Origin: an uncultured Holophagales bacterium
GTDB taxonomy: Bacteria; Acidobacteriota; Thermoanaerobaculia; Multivoradales; UBA5704
Direction of reading: 5' to 3'
Length of the DNA stretch: 64,000 nt
NCBI GenBank assembly: GCA_963842525.1
Contig: CAWJGT010000019.1
Coordinates: forward strand, 160,001 to 224,000
This document shows, one piece after another, positions 39,485 through 50,900 of this stretch. The notes beneath the pieces are model-generated. The model was not told where the DNA came from, made no database searches, and saw nothing but the letters and a program-made list of their open reading frames with translations. The position numbers were made by a program, and so were the translations under genes. Position 1 is the stretch's first letter; each line of letters starts with the position of its first letter.

Positions 39485-40627
39485 CTACCGGTCGCGCGAG
39501 AAGAGCCCTGGCTGCAGCTCGGCGACCTCGGCCGGGTCGTCGACGGGATCGGCGCCATTGGCCCCGTCGTGGCCGTTCGGGCCGTACGCTTCGGCTTCGC
39601 GGGCTTCGGCGGCGTGGGGATCGATCTCCTGCTCGGGCTCCCGTTCGGACGCGCGCTCGACGACCGGCGGCAGGTAGACGTAGCGGCCCAGGCCGCGGCT
39701 GAAGGCGATGCCGAGGTTGGCGTCGCGGTTCGCCTCGCGGGAGGCCCGGAGCTGGTTGAGCTTCGAGTCGAGGTCGTCGATGAAGTGGAGGACCAGCGCC
39801 TCCGGGGTCATCGGCTCGACCGGCGAGGCGAACTCCTTCTTGCCTTGATGGGAGAGGACCATGTGCTCCAGCAGGAGGCGGAGGTCGTCGGGGAAGCAGT
39901 CAATCGCGGCGCAGCGGTCGCGCAGCAGGTCGCGGCCGATGACCACGTGGCCGACGAGACGCCCTTCCAAGGTGTAGTCATTGGCCGGCATGGCTCCCAG
40001 CTCGCGGAGCTTGCCGAGGTCGTGGAACAGCACCCCGAGGACCACGAGGTCGCGGTCGACGTCGCGGTAGTGCTCGCAGATCTGGACGGCCAGCTCGGCC
40101 ATCGAAACTACGTGCTCCAAGAGGCCGCCGCGGTAGGCGTGGTGCATCGACTTGGCCGCCGGGTGCTCGCGCAGGGGGGCGCCGTGGATGTCCAGGGTCT
40201 CGCGGGCGAGCCGGCGCAGGATCGGACGGTCCACCTTCTCCTCCAGAAGACGGCAGAGTCGCGCCCAGAGATCGGCGATGTCCTCCCGGGTGGACGGAAT
40301 CAGCTTCGACTCGTCGAACCCATAGCCCCGGTCGGCCTCGGTCGTCGGGCGGCAATCGTCGATGCTGAGCTGGAGCTGATCGCGGTAGCTCTTGACCGTC
40401 CCCTTGAAGGCGACGAAGCCGTGGGCGTCGAACTGGCCATGCATCGCGGGGCTGTCCGCCCACACCTTGGCAACGATCGAGCCGCTGGCGTCGGCGAGCT
40501 CCAAGTCCAGGTAGCTCTTGTTGTTGCGGTCCTGGCGCTGCTCTTTCTTGGTGAGCAGCGCGTAGCCCTCGACGCTGTCGCCGCTGGCCCAGTCTCGGAT
40601 CGGGGTGTTGCGTGGAATCCTGCCCAT
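39485..40627 (-). CDS. YhaM-like 3'-5' exoribonuclease (OB fold + HD domain)
   Basis: YLDLELADASG OB fold, PAAKSMHHAYRGGLLEH, LFHDLGK, LSHQG, HFIDDLDSK. Confidence 0.88.
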   Translation of the reverse strand: MGRIPRNTPIRDWASGDSVEGYALLTKKEQRQDRNNKSYLDLELADASGSIVAKVWADSPAMHGQFDAHGFVAFKGTVKSYRDQLQLSIDDCRPTTEADRGYGFDESKLIPSTREDIADLWARLCRLLEEKVDRPILRRLARETLDIHGAPLREHPAAKSMHHAYRGGLLEHVVSMAELAVQICEHYRDVDRDLVVLGVLFHDLGKLRELGAMPANDYTLEGRLVGHVVIGRDLLRDRCAAIDCFPDDLRLLLEHMVLSHQGKKEFASPVEPMTPEALVLHFIDDLDSKLNQLRASREANRDANLGIAFSRGLGRYVYLPPVVERASEREPEQEIDPHAAEAREAEAYGPNGHDGANGADPVDDPAEVAELQPGLFSRDR

Positions 40628-40731
40628 AGAAACCGCGATCATAGTAGTCTGTCGGACCGCCGGTGCCAACCTTTTCCGAACGGACAACAGCAGGCGGGCA
40701 TCATGGCACCGGCCATGCAAATTGCGCTCGC

Positions 40732-43302
40732 GTGCCCCATCGGAGCCCTATCTTGGCAGCAGCGGTCCTATTCCTCTCCCTCCTCGCCCTGTTCCCGGCC
40801 GGCGCGGCCCTTGCTCAATCGACGCAGGCGTCCCCCCGAGCGTCCAATATTGTGGGCACCGACCCGCTCCTCTGGCCGGAGCCGCAGAGGGCCTTCCTCG
40901 AAGACGGTCCCGGCCTCCTCCTCACGCCGGAGCAGCGCACCGAGCTGCGCTCGCTCGACGAGGCGGGGCGCGACCGATTCATCGAAGACTTCCTGAGCGA
41001 CGACGAGCTGGCCGAGGCGATCACGCGCCGCCGGCATCTCGCCGACAACGACTTCTTCTCGCCTTCGGACGTGCGCTGGCAGATCGTCTTCCTGAACGGC
41101 CCGCCGAAGGAACGCCTGGTGATCGACTGCGGTCAGGCCTTCAAGGCGCTGGAGGTCTGGGCCTATCCCGGAGGGATCGACCGGATGACCGGCCGGCCGG
41201 GAAACCGCGACCTGGTGGTCTACCGCCCTGGTCCGGGGCAGCCGTTCCGGCTCTGGCTCCCCAGCGATTCGAAGCGCGCGCTCTACACCTCCGCGATGGA
41301 GTACTGGCTGGAGCAGTGGGAGGAGCTGCGCGGACGCATCCAGGCCGTGCGCTTCGACCTTCAGACCTGCCGCAAGGCCACGGAGCGGATCGACGAGGCC
41401 ACGGGCGTGCCCGGGCTGACCGGCGCCAGGCCCTACAAGGGCTCCGTGGTCCGACCGATCGACGTCTCGTCGTTTCTCGCGGCGCCGAAGGAGGTGGCCG
41501 ACTGGAAGCGCGAGGCCTTGGCGGTGGAGGCTCCGACCCCACCGCCTGCGTTGACGGTGGAATCGCTCGACCTGCGGTTTCCCGAGCGGGACGGCCAGCG
41601 CCTCCGGATGCGCGCGCTGCTCCAGGTGCCCGTCGAGGGCCTGGAGCTGGTCGAAGAGGGGGCCGACAAGAAGGAGTATGCCCTCACGGTCCAGGGCATG
41701 TTGGAGCAGGGCGGCAAGCCCTTCGAGGAGGTCCGCATCCGCTACCGGCTGCCCGCCCCGCCGCCCGGCGAGCCGCTCACCCTGGCGGTCGACCGCTGGG
41801 TGCGGCCGGACGGGCTGTTCCTGCTGCGGCTCCAGCTCGAGGACGAGACGGGCGGCGGCAAGGCGCGCCTCGCGCGCGGCTTCCGCGTGCCGCGGATGGC
41901 CACGCCTGATCCGATGGCCGCGGGAGTCCCGGGCGGCGAGCTGGTGCCCGACACGATCGGCCAGGGCAAGGACAGCCTGATCCTGCTGCCGCCGCCGGCC
42001 GACGTGGTGCTGGGGCTGTGGCGCGCCGATGCCATCGTCACCGGCCAGCGGATCAAGAAGGTCGTCTTCCTGGTGGACGGCACCGCCCAGCTCACGCGCA
42101 CGTCGGCGCCCTATTCGGCCGAGGTGCGGCTGGCGAAGTTCCCCACCGAGCAGGTGGTGCGGGCGGAGGGCTTCGACGAGAAGGGCGAGCTCGTCGCGGC
42201 CGACGAAGTGATCCTCAACCAGCCGCGCGGCGCGCTCGGCGTCTGGGTCACCGAGCCGCCCAAGGGGGCCAAGGTCGGTGCCCGGACCCTCGTCAAGGCC
42301 GAGGTCATGATCCCGGACGGCCGGCGCATCGAGTCGCTGGACTTCAAGCTCAACGACGAGCAGGTGGCCTCGCTCACCAAGCCGCCCTGGCAGATCGACC
42401 TCGACGTGCCCGCGGGCGACCTGGTCTATGTGACGGTCGCGGCGGTCCTCGACGACGGTACCCGGGCCGAGGCAGTGCGCTATCTGCGCTCGCCAGAATA
42501 CTTCGAGGAGCTGGAGGTCAACCTCGTCGAGCTCTACGTGGCGGTGAACGACCGCTCGGGCCAGGCCGTCCCCGGGCTCACAAAGGACGACTTCGAGGTC
42601 TACGAAGCGGGCAAGCCCCAGGAGATCTCCAAGTTCGAGCTGGTGAGCAACCTGCCGCTCACGGTGGGCATCCTGCTCGACAGCTCGGGCTCCATGGCAG
42701 AGTCGCTGAACCAGGCGCAGGAGGCGGCTTCCGAGTTCCTGCGGCGCGTCATCAAGCCGAAGGACAAGACCTTCGCGGTGAGCTTCTCCAGCCGCACGCG
42801 GCTCGACATGCCGCCGACCGACGACGCCGAGGCGGTGGCCCTCGCCCTCTCCGGCATCCAGGCGGTGGGCGATACGGCGCTCCACGACGCGATCATCCAC
42901 AGCCTCTACTACTTCCGGGGGATGAAGGGGCAGCGCGCGCTGGTCCTGCTGTCGGACGGCGATGACAACGCCAGCTACTTCCCCTACAAGGACGCCCTGG
43001 AGTATTCGCGGCGCAGCGGCGTGGCCATCTACGTGATCGGCTACAACCTGCCGGCCACGGCGATGGGCCTCCGCTCGAAGCTGGGCGAGCTGGCCGAAGC
43101 GACCGGCGGCAAGGTGTTCCTGGCCGACGAAGCCACGGACCTGCCCGGCATCTACGCCCAGATCGAGAAGGAGCTGCGCAGCCGCTATCTGGTGGCCTAC
43201 AACTCGAATGAGACCGGCCAGCCGGGCACGTTCCGCGAGGTGGAGGTCCGGCTCAAGAAGAAGGGGCTGACGACGCGGACGATGCGCGGGTACTACAACT
43301 AG
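40732..43302 (+). CDS. Secreted GWxTD-like / Ig-like / VWA domain protein (paralog 1; start uncertain)
   Basis: Signal peptide; VELYVAVND...GLTKDDFEV; MIDAS DSSGS, TALHDAI, LSDGDD; ELRSRYLVAY. Confidence 0.82.
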   Translation: MPHRSPILAAAVLFLSLLALFPAGAALAQSTQASPRASNIVGTDPLLWPEPQRAFLEDGPGLLLTPEQRTELRSLDEAGRDRFIEDFLSDDELAEAITRRRHLADNDFFSPSDVRWQIVFLNGPPKERLVIDCGQAFKALEVWAYPGGIDRMTGRPGNRDLVVYRPGPGQPFRLWLPSDSKRALYTSAMEYWLEQWEELRGRIQAVRFDLQTCRKATERIDEATGVPGLTGARPYKGSVVRPIDVSSFLAAPKEVADWKREALAVEAPTPPPALTVESLDLRFPERDGQRLRMRALLQVPVEGLELVEEGADKKEYALTVQGMLEQGGKPFEEVRIRYRLPAPPPGEPLTLAVDRWVRPDGLFLLRLQLEDETGGGKARLARGFRVPRMATPDPMAAGVPGGELVPDTIGQGKDSLILLPPPADVVLGLWRADAIVTGQRIKKVVFLVDGTAQLTRTSAPYSAEVRLAKFPTEQVVRAEGFDEKGELVAADEVILNQPRGALGVWVTEPPKGAKVGARTLVKAEVMIPDGRRIESLDFKLNDEQVASLTKPPWQIDLDVPAGDLVYVTVAAVLDDGTRAEAVRYLRSPEYFEELEVNLVELYVAVNDRSGQAVPGLTKDDFEVYEAGKPQEISKFELVSNLPLTVGILLDSSGSMAESLNQAQEAASEFLRRVIKPKDKTFAVSFSSRTRLDMPPTDDAEAVALALSGIQAVGDTALHDAIIHSLYYFRGMKGQRALVLLSDGDDNASYFPYKDALEYSRRSGVAIYVIGYNLPATAMGLRSKLGELAEATGGKVFLADEATDLPGIYAQIEKELRSRYLVAYNSNETGQPGTFREVEVRLKKKGLTTRTMRGYYN

Positions 43303-43308
43303 GGAGGC

Positions 43309-43454
43309 CCCTCACCCCCCTGGCCCCCCTCTCCCATCCGCACTCACACCCACCCGGGAGAGGGGGGAAAAGAGGGCGGAAAATACCAGGCCGTCTTCTC
43401 TCCCCTCTCCCGCGGGTCCGGGAGGGCGGATGGGAGAGGGGCCGGGGGTGAGGG
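43309..43454. repeat. CCCTCACC-family REPIN
   Basis: CCCTCACCCCCC...GGGAGAGGGG, spacer, CCCCTCTCCC...GGGGGTGAGGG, between the two VWA genes. Confidence 0.88.
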
Positions 43455-43487
43455 GCCACGGAGTCCGGCTCTTCGAAGGAGGTCCGT

Positions 43488-46064
43488 ATGTGGAGATGGT
43501 CGCTCATCGCTTCGGCTGTCCTCCTTCTGACGACTGCCACCCACCCGGCCGCCGCCGCCGGCTCCGACCCGGTCCTCTGGCCCGAGGAGCAGCGGACATT
43601 CCTGGAAGGGCCCGGCCTGCTGCTCTCCGCCGTGCAGCGGCAGGACTTCATCGGCCTTGACGAAGCCGGCCGCACGGCCTTCATCCAGGGCTTCCTCGAC
43701 CGCGACCCGATCCCCGGGACTCCGGCCAACGAGCTGCGCGAAGGGATCGAGCGCCGCCGTCGCCTGGCCGCCCTGGAGCTCTGGTCGGCGCAGGACGTAC
43801 GGGCCAGGCTCCTCTTCCTCCGCGGCCGTCCGGTCGAGAAGCTTGTCGTCGATTGCGGCGCGGTCTACAAGCCGATGGAGGTCTGGAGCTACGGCGCACC
43901 CAATGCCGTCGACCTGGTGCTCTATCAGCCGTCGCCCCGCGAGCACTTCCGCCTCTGGGTGCCGATCGACGCCAAGGCGTCCCTCTACACCTCCGACATG
44001 GCCAACTGGCTCGAGCAATGGCAGCAGATGGAGATCGGGGGCAAGCGGATCGACCGCCGGTTCTGCCCGGACTCGGACCGGGTGGACCGCGCGACGGGCA
44101 TCGACGGCCTCCAGGGCGCTCTGGTGGCCTCGCACAACGCCCGCGCCACTTCGTCCAATGGAGCGGACAGGAAGGGCCGCTTCGGGGAGATCCGCCGGCT
44201 CAGCCCCAAGGACCGTGCGTCCTTCCTGGCGCCGCCCGCGAGCCTGGCCGACTGGGCCCGCGAGGCCGCTGCTACGCCGATGCCCGAGGAGGCCCTGGCG
44301 CTGACCGTGGAGACCTTCGACATGGACTTCCCCGTCCGGACGGGACAGAGGCTGGTCGCCCGTTCGCTGGTCGCCCTGCGGGCGGACGGCGCGCTCGCGG
44401 CCACCGAGGTCGAGGGCAAGCGCCAGGTGCGGCTGGTCGTCGAGGGGCTGATCGAGGAGGGGAGCCAGGTCTTCGAGACGTTCCGGGCACGCTACCGCCT
44501 GCCGCCGCCGGCGGGCGATGGGCCGGTGCCGCTGCTCCTGGAGACGCCGCTCCGCCCCGGCCAGACCTTCCTTGTCCGGCTGCGCGTGCGCGACGAGAGC
44601 AACGGTGCGCAGGCCGTGCTGTCGCACGGCTTCCGGGTGCCGGCCAAGACCGAGACGAAGCTGGCGGTCGGAGCGGTGGCGGCGGCCACCCGGGGCGAGC
44701 TGGTGTCCCTCCTGCCCGGCACCGGCAAGGACCGCCTCATCCTGCTGCCGGCCCTGGGCGAGGTGATGATCGGGACCTGGCGCGCCGAGGTCCTGGTCAG
44801 CGGCCCGCGCATCGCCCGGGTCAACTATCTGGTGGACGGCGAGACGCAGATGACGCGGACCAAGCCGCCCTTTTCCACCGAGCTGCGCCTGGCCGCGTTC
44901 CCCCGCGAGCAGGTGGTGCGGGCCGAGGGCTACGACGAAGCCGGCGAGCTGGTCGCCGCCGACGAGGTCGTCCTCAACCAGGCCCGCGGCACCTTCCGGG
45001 TCCGCATCACCGAACCGGCCCGCGGGATCCGCCTGCGGAGCGGGGACAAGCTGACGGCCCGCGCCGAGGTCGTCGTCCCCGAGGAGCGCCGGGTCCAGAA
45101 GGTCGAATTCCTGGTCAACGACGTGCCGGTCGCGTCGCAGGAGGCCCCGCCCTGGCAGGCCGAGATCCACGTCCCCGACGAAGAGATCGTCCACCTGGCC
45201 GCCGTGGCCTTCCTCGACGACGGCAGCCGGGCCGAGGACCTGCGCTTCCTGCGGGCGCCGGACAACCTGGAAGAGCTCGACGTCAGCCTGGTGGAGCTGT
45301 ACGTCACGGTTACCGACGGCGGAGGCCGCGTGGTGCGCGGGCTGCGCCAGGAGGACTTCCAGGTCCTGGAGTCGGGCCGGCCGCAGGCGCTCTCGCGCTT
45401 CGAGCTGGTGGAAAACCTCCCCCTGACGCTGGGCTTCGCCATCGACACCTCGATCTCGATGGCCTCCTCGCTCATCGAGGCCGAGCGTGCCGCGTCCGGC
45501 TTCCTGCAGGGCATCATGACGCCGCGCGACCGCGCCTTCGCCATCGGCTTCGCGCAGTATCCCTATCTGGTGATGCCGCCCACGGACGACGTCGAGGCCA
45601 TCAGCCAGGCCCTCGCGGGGCTGCGCGCCAACGGTCGCACGGCGGTGTACGACGGCGTCATCACAGGCCTCTATTTCCTGCGCAGCACGCAGGGGCAGCG
45701 CGCGCTCGTGGTGCTGACCGACGGCGACGACAACGCGAGCGGCACGCCCTGGGAGGACACCCTGGAGTACGCCCGCCGGAGCGGCGTGACGATCTTTCCC
45801 GTCGGCCTGAACATCGGCAACCTGGCCCTGGAGGTCCGGAACAAGCTCGGCGACCTGGCCGAAGCCAGCGGCGGCAAAGTCTTCTACATCTCGAAGGCCG
45901 AGGAGCTCACCGGGGTCTACGACGAGATCGAGCAGGAGCTGCGCAGCCGGTATTTCCTCGCCTTCAATTCCGACCGCAAGGCGGACGACCTCGGCTTCCG
46001 GCCGGTGGAGGTCAAGGTCAAGCGCGGCCTCAAGGCACGGACGGCGCGCGGGTACTACCCGTAG
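43488..46064 (+). CDS. Secreted GWxTD-like / Ig-like / VWA domain protein (paralog 2)
   Basis: Signal peptide; FIQGFLDRDPIPGTPANE; MIDAS DTSIS, LTDGDD; colinear with paralog 1. Confidence 0.85.
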   Translation: MWRWSLIASAVLLLTTATHPAAAAGSDPVLWPEEQRTFLEGPGLLLSAVQRQDFIGLDEAGRTAFIQGFLDRDPIPGTPANELREGIERRRRLAALELWSAQDVRARLLFLRGRPVEKLVVDCGAVYKPMEVWSYGAPNAVDLVLYQPSPREHFRLWVPIDAKASLYTSDMANWLEQWQQMEIGGKRIDRRFCPDSDRVDRATGIDGLQGALVASHNARATSSNGADRKGRFGEIRRLSPKDRASFLAPPASLADWAREAAATPMPEEALALTVETFDMDFPVRTGQRLVARSLVALRADGALAATEVEGKRQVRLVVEGLIEEGSQVFETFRARYRLPPPAGDGPVPLLLETPLRPGQTFLVRLRVRDESNGAQAVLSHGFRVPAKTETKLAVGAVAAATRGELVSLLPGTGKDRLILLPALGEVMIGTWRAEVLVSGPRIARVNYLVDGETQMTRTKPPFSTELRLAAFPREQVVRAEGYDEAGELVAADEVVLNQARGTFRVRITEPARGIRLRSGDKLTARAEVVVPEERRVQKVEFLVNDVPVASQEAPPWQAEIHVPDEEIVHLAAVAFLDDGSRAEDLRFLRAPDNLEELDVSLVELYVTVTDGGGRVVRGLRQEDFQVLESGRPQALSRFELVENLPLTLGFAIDTSISMASSLIEAERAASGFLQGIMTPRDRAFAIGFAQYPYLVMPPTDDVEAISQALAGLRANGRTAVYDGVITGLYFLRSTQGQRALVVLTDGDDNASGTPWEDTLEYARRSGVTIFPVGLNIGNLALEVRNKLGDLAEASGGKVFYISKAEELTGVYDEIEQELRSRYFLAFNSDRKADDLGFRPVEVKVKRGLKARTARGYYP

Positions 46065-46074
46065 GACCTCGCGG

Positions 46075-46750
46075 TCACGGTTGCTCGGGAAGCGTCACTT
46101 GCAGGTCGGTCGTCTGGAGCGCGGGCAGGGAGACCGTGGTCAGATAACCCTGCCTACGACCCCCTGCGATGGTGCTTTCGGAAGAGAGGGTAGAGAGGAA
46201 CAGCTCGTAATCGCCAGGGGCCAACCCCGCGAGAACCAGGCGCCCGGCGCCGTCGGTCTCGGAGGAAAGCCCGAGCAGGTGCAGATGGCTGGCGAGGACG
46301 CTTTGCGGCACGATGGTGCCCCCCTGCCGCAGGATCACTCCGGCGTGCGGCAGAGGCTTGCCCGTATCGTCCAAAAGAGTCAGCTCCAGCGCGGCCGGTA
46401 GTTGCGGGCAGTGCAGCGTGGGCGGTGGGATCTCATCCGGCTCGGCAGAAGCGGGCAGATCAAACCAGGAGAGGGGGCAGGCCGGGCCGGAGACGAAAAG
46501 GCGCGGCCGCCCCGGCGGGACCTCCACCACGAAATCGCCATCCGCTTCCGAGCGGGTCTGGGAGAAGAGAAAAGGCCCACGCTCGAGCGAGCCGCCGCCG
46601 CTCCCGATCCAGGCGTTGGGGACCGGGCTTCCACTAGCCGAGAGGACTGTGCCTCGGACAGTTCCCTTGCGCTTCAGGACCAGGGTGACCGGCGCGATGG
46701 GCGTGCCTTCCTCCACCCGTACTTCGATGGATTGAGACTCGCGATAGCCA
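46075..46750 (-). pseudogene. C-terminal fragment of a carboxypeptidase-regulatory-like beta-sandwich protein
   Basis: GTVRGTVLSASGSPVPNAWI, TDGAGRLVLAGLAPGDYEL; no credible start or signal peptide. Confidence 0.55.
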
Positions 46751-46849
46751 AGCTTGTTGGCCACCGAGAGCTCCAGTGCCTTCGCCTTGCACCTCGATTT
46801 CGAATCGACTCCTACTTCCTTGAGCCCTGGTATTTTTCCGGGCGCGCCA

Positions 46850-47790
46850 AAGCCGAGGCGATCTACCGTTTCGTCCGCGACGAGATCGCCACCGAGGACG
46901 AGCCGGGCATCCTCCCCAAGGAAGGCTCGTCGCTGCAAAAGGTCCTTGCCGAGAGGCGGGGCAACTCCACAGAGAAAGCCCTCCTTCTCGATGGGATGCT
47001 CGAAGCTGTCGGCATCGACGCTCGACTGGCATGGGCCGCCGACCGGCGTCGCGGCCAGATCGACCTGAAGCTCCCCAATCCCGGCTGGTTCGACAGAGCC
47101 CTCGTCATGGCCCTGGTCGACGGCCAGGTCAGCGCCCTCGATCCGTCGGATCGGGCGCTGCCGTTCGGAAAGCTCCAGCATGGCTACGAGGGGACTCCGG
47201 TGCTGGTCCATGACCCCCTACGGCCCAGGCAGGTCATGCTGCCGGAGACGCCGTTCGAGCGAAACGTGAAGAGGGCGGTGCTGGATCTCGCCCTGGACGC
47301 CGGGGGCCGCCTCGCGGGGACCGGCGAGCTCGTGCTCACCGGCCATCCCGCCGGGGAGAGGATCGACTGGAAGGAATGGCTGGGTGAGCGTTATCGAGGC
47401 TTCGAGCTCGCCGGCGTGCAGGTCCAGGAGCTCCCGGACGAGTGGAAGGTCCGCCTCGCCTGGTCGCTCCGGCAGCGGGACGAGGACGTTCTGGGCGATG
47501 AGCTCAGCCTGCAGCCGAGCCTGCCCCTCGGGCCGATGGTCCAGCCGTTCGTGCAGCCGGCCGACAAGCGGCGTTCCGAGGTCCTGTTTCCCTACGGCTT
47601 CGTCGAGGAGGTGGAGCTGCGGCTGCGCTGGCCCGAGGGCTGGAAGATCGAGAGCGTCCCCGGGCGTGGCGAAGCTTGAGAGCTCAGTCGGCGCGCTGGC
47701 CGTGGAGACGGACGCCAAAGAGGCGGAGCGCACACTGGTCTATCGGCGGCGCTTCGAGATGCGCCCCCGGAAGCTCGGCAACCATCGGGA
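46850..47790 (+). pseudogene. Internal fragment of a DUF3857/transglutaminase-like protein
   Basis: AIYRFVRDEI, GNSTEKALLL, LDPSDRALPFG; N-terminus missing, frameshift near 47665, 3' truncated. Confidence 0.6.
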
Positions 47791-47914
47791 CCTCACAACG
47801 CGCCACACCGGATTTCCAGTCCTGCGGCCTGGCCTCGGACGCACCGCGCCTCCTTTTCCCCTCCCCGCGATAGACTTCCTCCCGATCCGACCGCTGAGGT
47901 CGTGAGGAGCCAGC

Positions 47915-50900
47915 ATGGTGATAGCGGAGGACCGCCAGAAGACCGAGGTCATCGACCGCGTGGCCGAGCGGGCTGCGGAGCTCGCAGGACCCGGCCGGGG
48001 AGACGAAGCGCGGACGTTCGTCCGGCAGTTCTATGAGCACGTGCCTCCGGACGGGGTCGAGGGCGAGGAGCCGGACCGGCTCGCCGAAGCGGCGTTGTCG
48101 TTCCTGGAATTCGCGCGGGAGCGCACGCCGGGCAGCCCGAAGGTCCGGGTCTTCACCCCCCGCCGCGAGGGCGACGGACGCGAGACGCCTCCGACGGTCA
48201 TCGAGACCGTCAACGAGGACATGCGCTTCCTGGTCGACTCGGTGGCCGCCGAGCTCCACACCCGGGGGATCGAGATGCTGCTGGTGACCCACCCGATCCT
48301 CACGGTGGAGCGCGACGCGGGAGGCCGGCTGACCGCGGTGCGCGAGCCCGGCGAGGCCGCCGGCGCGGCGCTGCGGGAGTCGTGGATGCAGGTCCGGATC
48401 GCCCCGCAGCCGGCCGGCCGGCACGAGGAGATCCGCCAGGGGATCGATGTGGTGCTCGCCGCCGTCCGGTCGGTGATCGACGACTGGCAGGCCATGCGCG
48501 ACCGCTGCCATGTGATCGTCGAGGAGCTCGAGCGCAACCCGCCGCTGCTCCCCGCGGGCGAGATCGCCGAGGGCAAGGAGTTCCTCCTCTGGCTGCAGAA
48601 GAAGAGCTTCACCTTCCTCGGCTACCGCGAGTACAGGTTCGAAGGCGAGGGCGCAGGCGCCGTGGCCCGCGTGCTCCCTGAGTCCGGCCTCGGCCTGCTG
48701 CGCGACGAGTCGTTCGTGCTGTTCGACGGCCTGCGCAACCTCGGCAAGCTGCCGGACGACATCCGCGACTTCCTCCGCCGGCCCGTCCTGCTGCGCAGCA
48801 CCAAGAGCAACCGGCTCTCGCCGGTGCACAAGCCGGTGCCGATGGACACCGTGGCGGTCAAGTGCTTCGACGCCGAGGGCCGGGTCACCGGCGAGCGGCT
48901 GTTCATCGGCCTCTTCACCGCCGCGGCGTATGCCGTGAGCCCGCGGACCATCCCGCTGCTGGCGGACAAGATCGAGGCGGTCCTCGACCGCGCCGGGGTG
49001 CCGCCGGACAGCTATGACGGCAAGAACCTGCGCCACATCATCGAGACCTATCCGCGCGACGAGCTGTTCCAGATCTCCCGCGACGACCTGTACCGCAACG
49101 CCATGGGCATCCTGCACCTGCAGGAGCGGCAACGCACGGCCGTGTTCGTGCGGCGCGACCCGTTTCGGCGTTTCGTCGCCTGCCTGGTCTTCCTGCCGCG
49201 CGACCGCTACAACACCGGCCTGCGGGGGCGCATCGAGGAGATCCTGGCCGTGGCCTTCGGCGGCGAGGCGAAGACGGCCCAGACGCAGGTCACCGACTCG
49301 GTCCTCGCCCGCCTCTACATCATCGTCTCGCGCCCGTCGGGACGGGTGCGCGACGTCGACCTGGAGGAGGTCCGGGCCCGCGTGGCCCAGGCGGTCCGCT
49401 CCTGGGCCGACCTTCTCGCGGAGGCGCTCCGCGAGGTCGACGACGAGGAGCGCCGGCTGGGCTTCTTCCAGCGCTATGCGAAGGCGTTCCCCAGAAGCTA
49501 TCAGGACCGCTTCTCGGGCACCGACGCCGTCTTCGACGTCCGCCAGATCGAGGAGGCCCTCGCCACCGACGGCCTGACCCAGAACCTCTACCGCCCGGCC
49601 GGCAGGGAGCCGCACGACCTCAACTTCAAGATCTACGGCAGCATCGAGCCCAAGCCGCTCTCCGACATCCTGCCTATCCTGGAGAACATGGGCGTCAAGG
49701 TCCTCGCGGAGATGCCCTACGAGGTGGCCCTCGACGGCGTGGGCGCGCCGGTCTGGGTCCGCGAGCTCCGCATGGTCAGCGAGGACGGCATGGCCATCGA
49801 CCTCGACTCCGTGCGGGAGGCGTTCCACGAGACCTTCGAGTGCGTCTGGCGGGGGGAGGTCGAGAACGACGGCTTCAACAAGCTCGTCCTGCGCGCCGGC
49901 CTGGTGGCCCGCGAGGTCATGGTCTTGCGCGCTTGCAGCAAGTACCTGCGGCAGGCCACGCCGTTCAGCCAGCCCTATATGGAGCAGGCTCTGGCGTGCA
50001 ACCCGAAGATCGCCCGGCTTCTGCTCGACCTCTTCCTGGCGCGCTTCAACCCGCAGCGGACCGGCGCAGGGAGCGCCGCTGCGAGCGAGGACATCCGTGG
50101 AGAGATCGCCGAGCTGCTCGAAGGGATCAAGGACCTGGACGAGGTCAGGATCCTGGGCCGGTTCCTGAACCTGGTCGAGTCGATGCTGCGCACCAACTAC
50201 TTCCAGGCCGGGGCGGACGGCCGCCATAAGCCCTACCTCGCGCTCAAGCTCGACTCGCGGAAGATCGAGGAGCTGCCGCTGCCGCGGCCGTTCCGCGAGG
50301 TCTTCGTCTACAGCCCGCGCGTCGAGGCGATCCACCTGCGCGGCGGCAAGGTGGCGCGCGGCGGCATCCGCTGGTCCGACCGGCGCGAGGACTTCCGCAC
50401 CGAGGTCCTCGGCCTGCTGAAGACCCAGATGGTCAAGAACGCCGTCATCGTGCCGGTGGGCTCGAAGGGTGGCTTCGTGGTCAAGCGTCCGCCAACGGCC
50501 GGCGGCCGGGAGGCGCTCCAGCAGGAGGGGATCGAGTGCTACAAGACCCTGGTACGTGGTCTTCTCGATCTGACCGACAACCTGAAGGGCGGCAAGGTGG
50601 TGCCGCCGCCGGACGTCGTGCGTTACGACGACAACGACCCCTACCTGGTGGTGGCGGCGGACAAGGGGACGGCGACGTTCTCCGACATCGCCAACGGCAT
50701 CTCGGCCGAATACGGCTTCTGGCTCGACGACGCCTTCGCCTCCGGCGGCTCGGCCGGCTACGACCACAAGGAGATGGCGATCACCTCGCGCGGCGTCTGG
50801 GAGAGCGTCAAGCGCCACTTCCGCGAGCTGGGCAAGGACGTCCAGACCCAGGACTTCACGGTCGTCGGCATCGGCGACATGTCGGGCGACGTGTTCGGCA

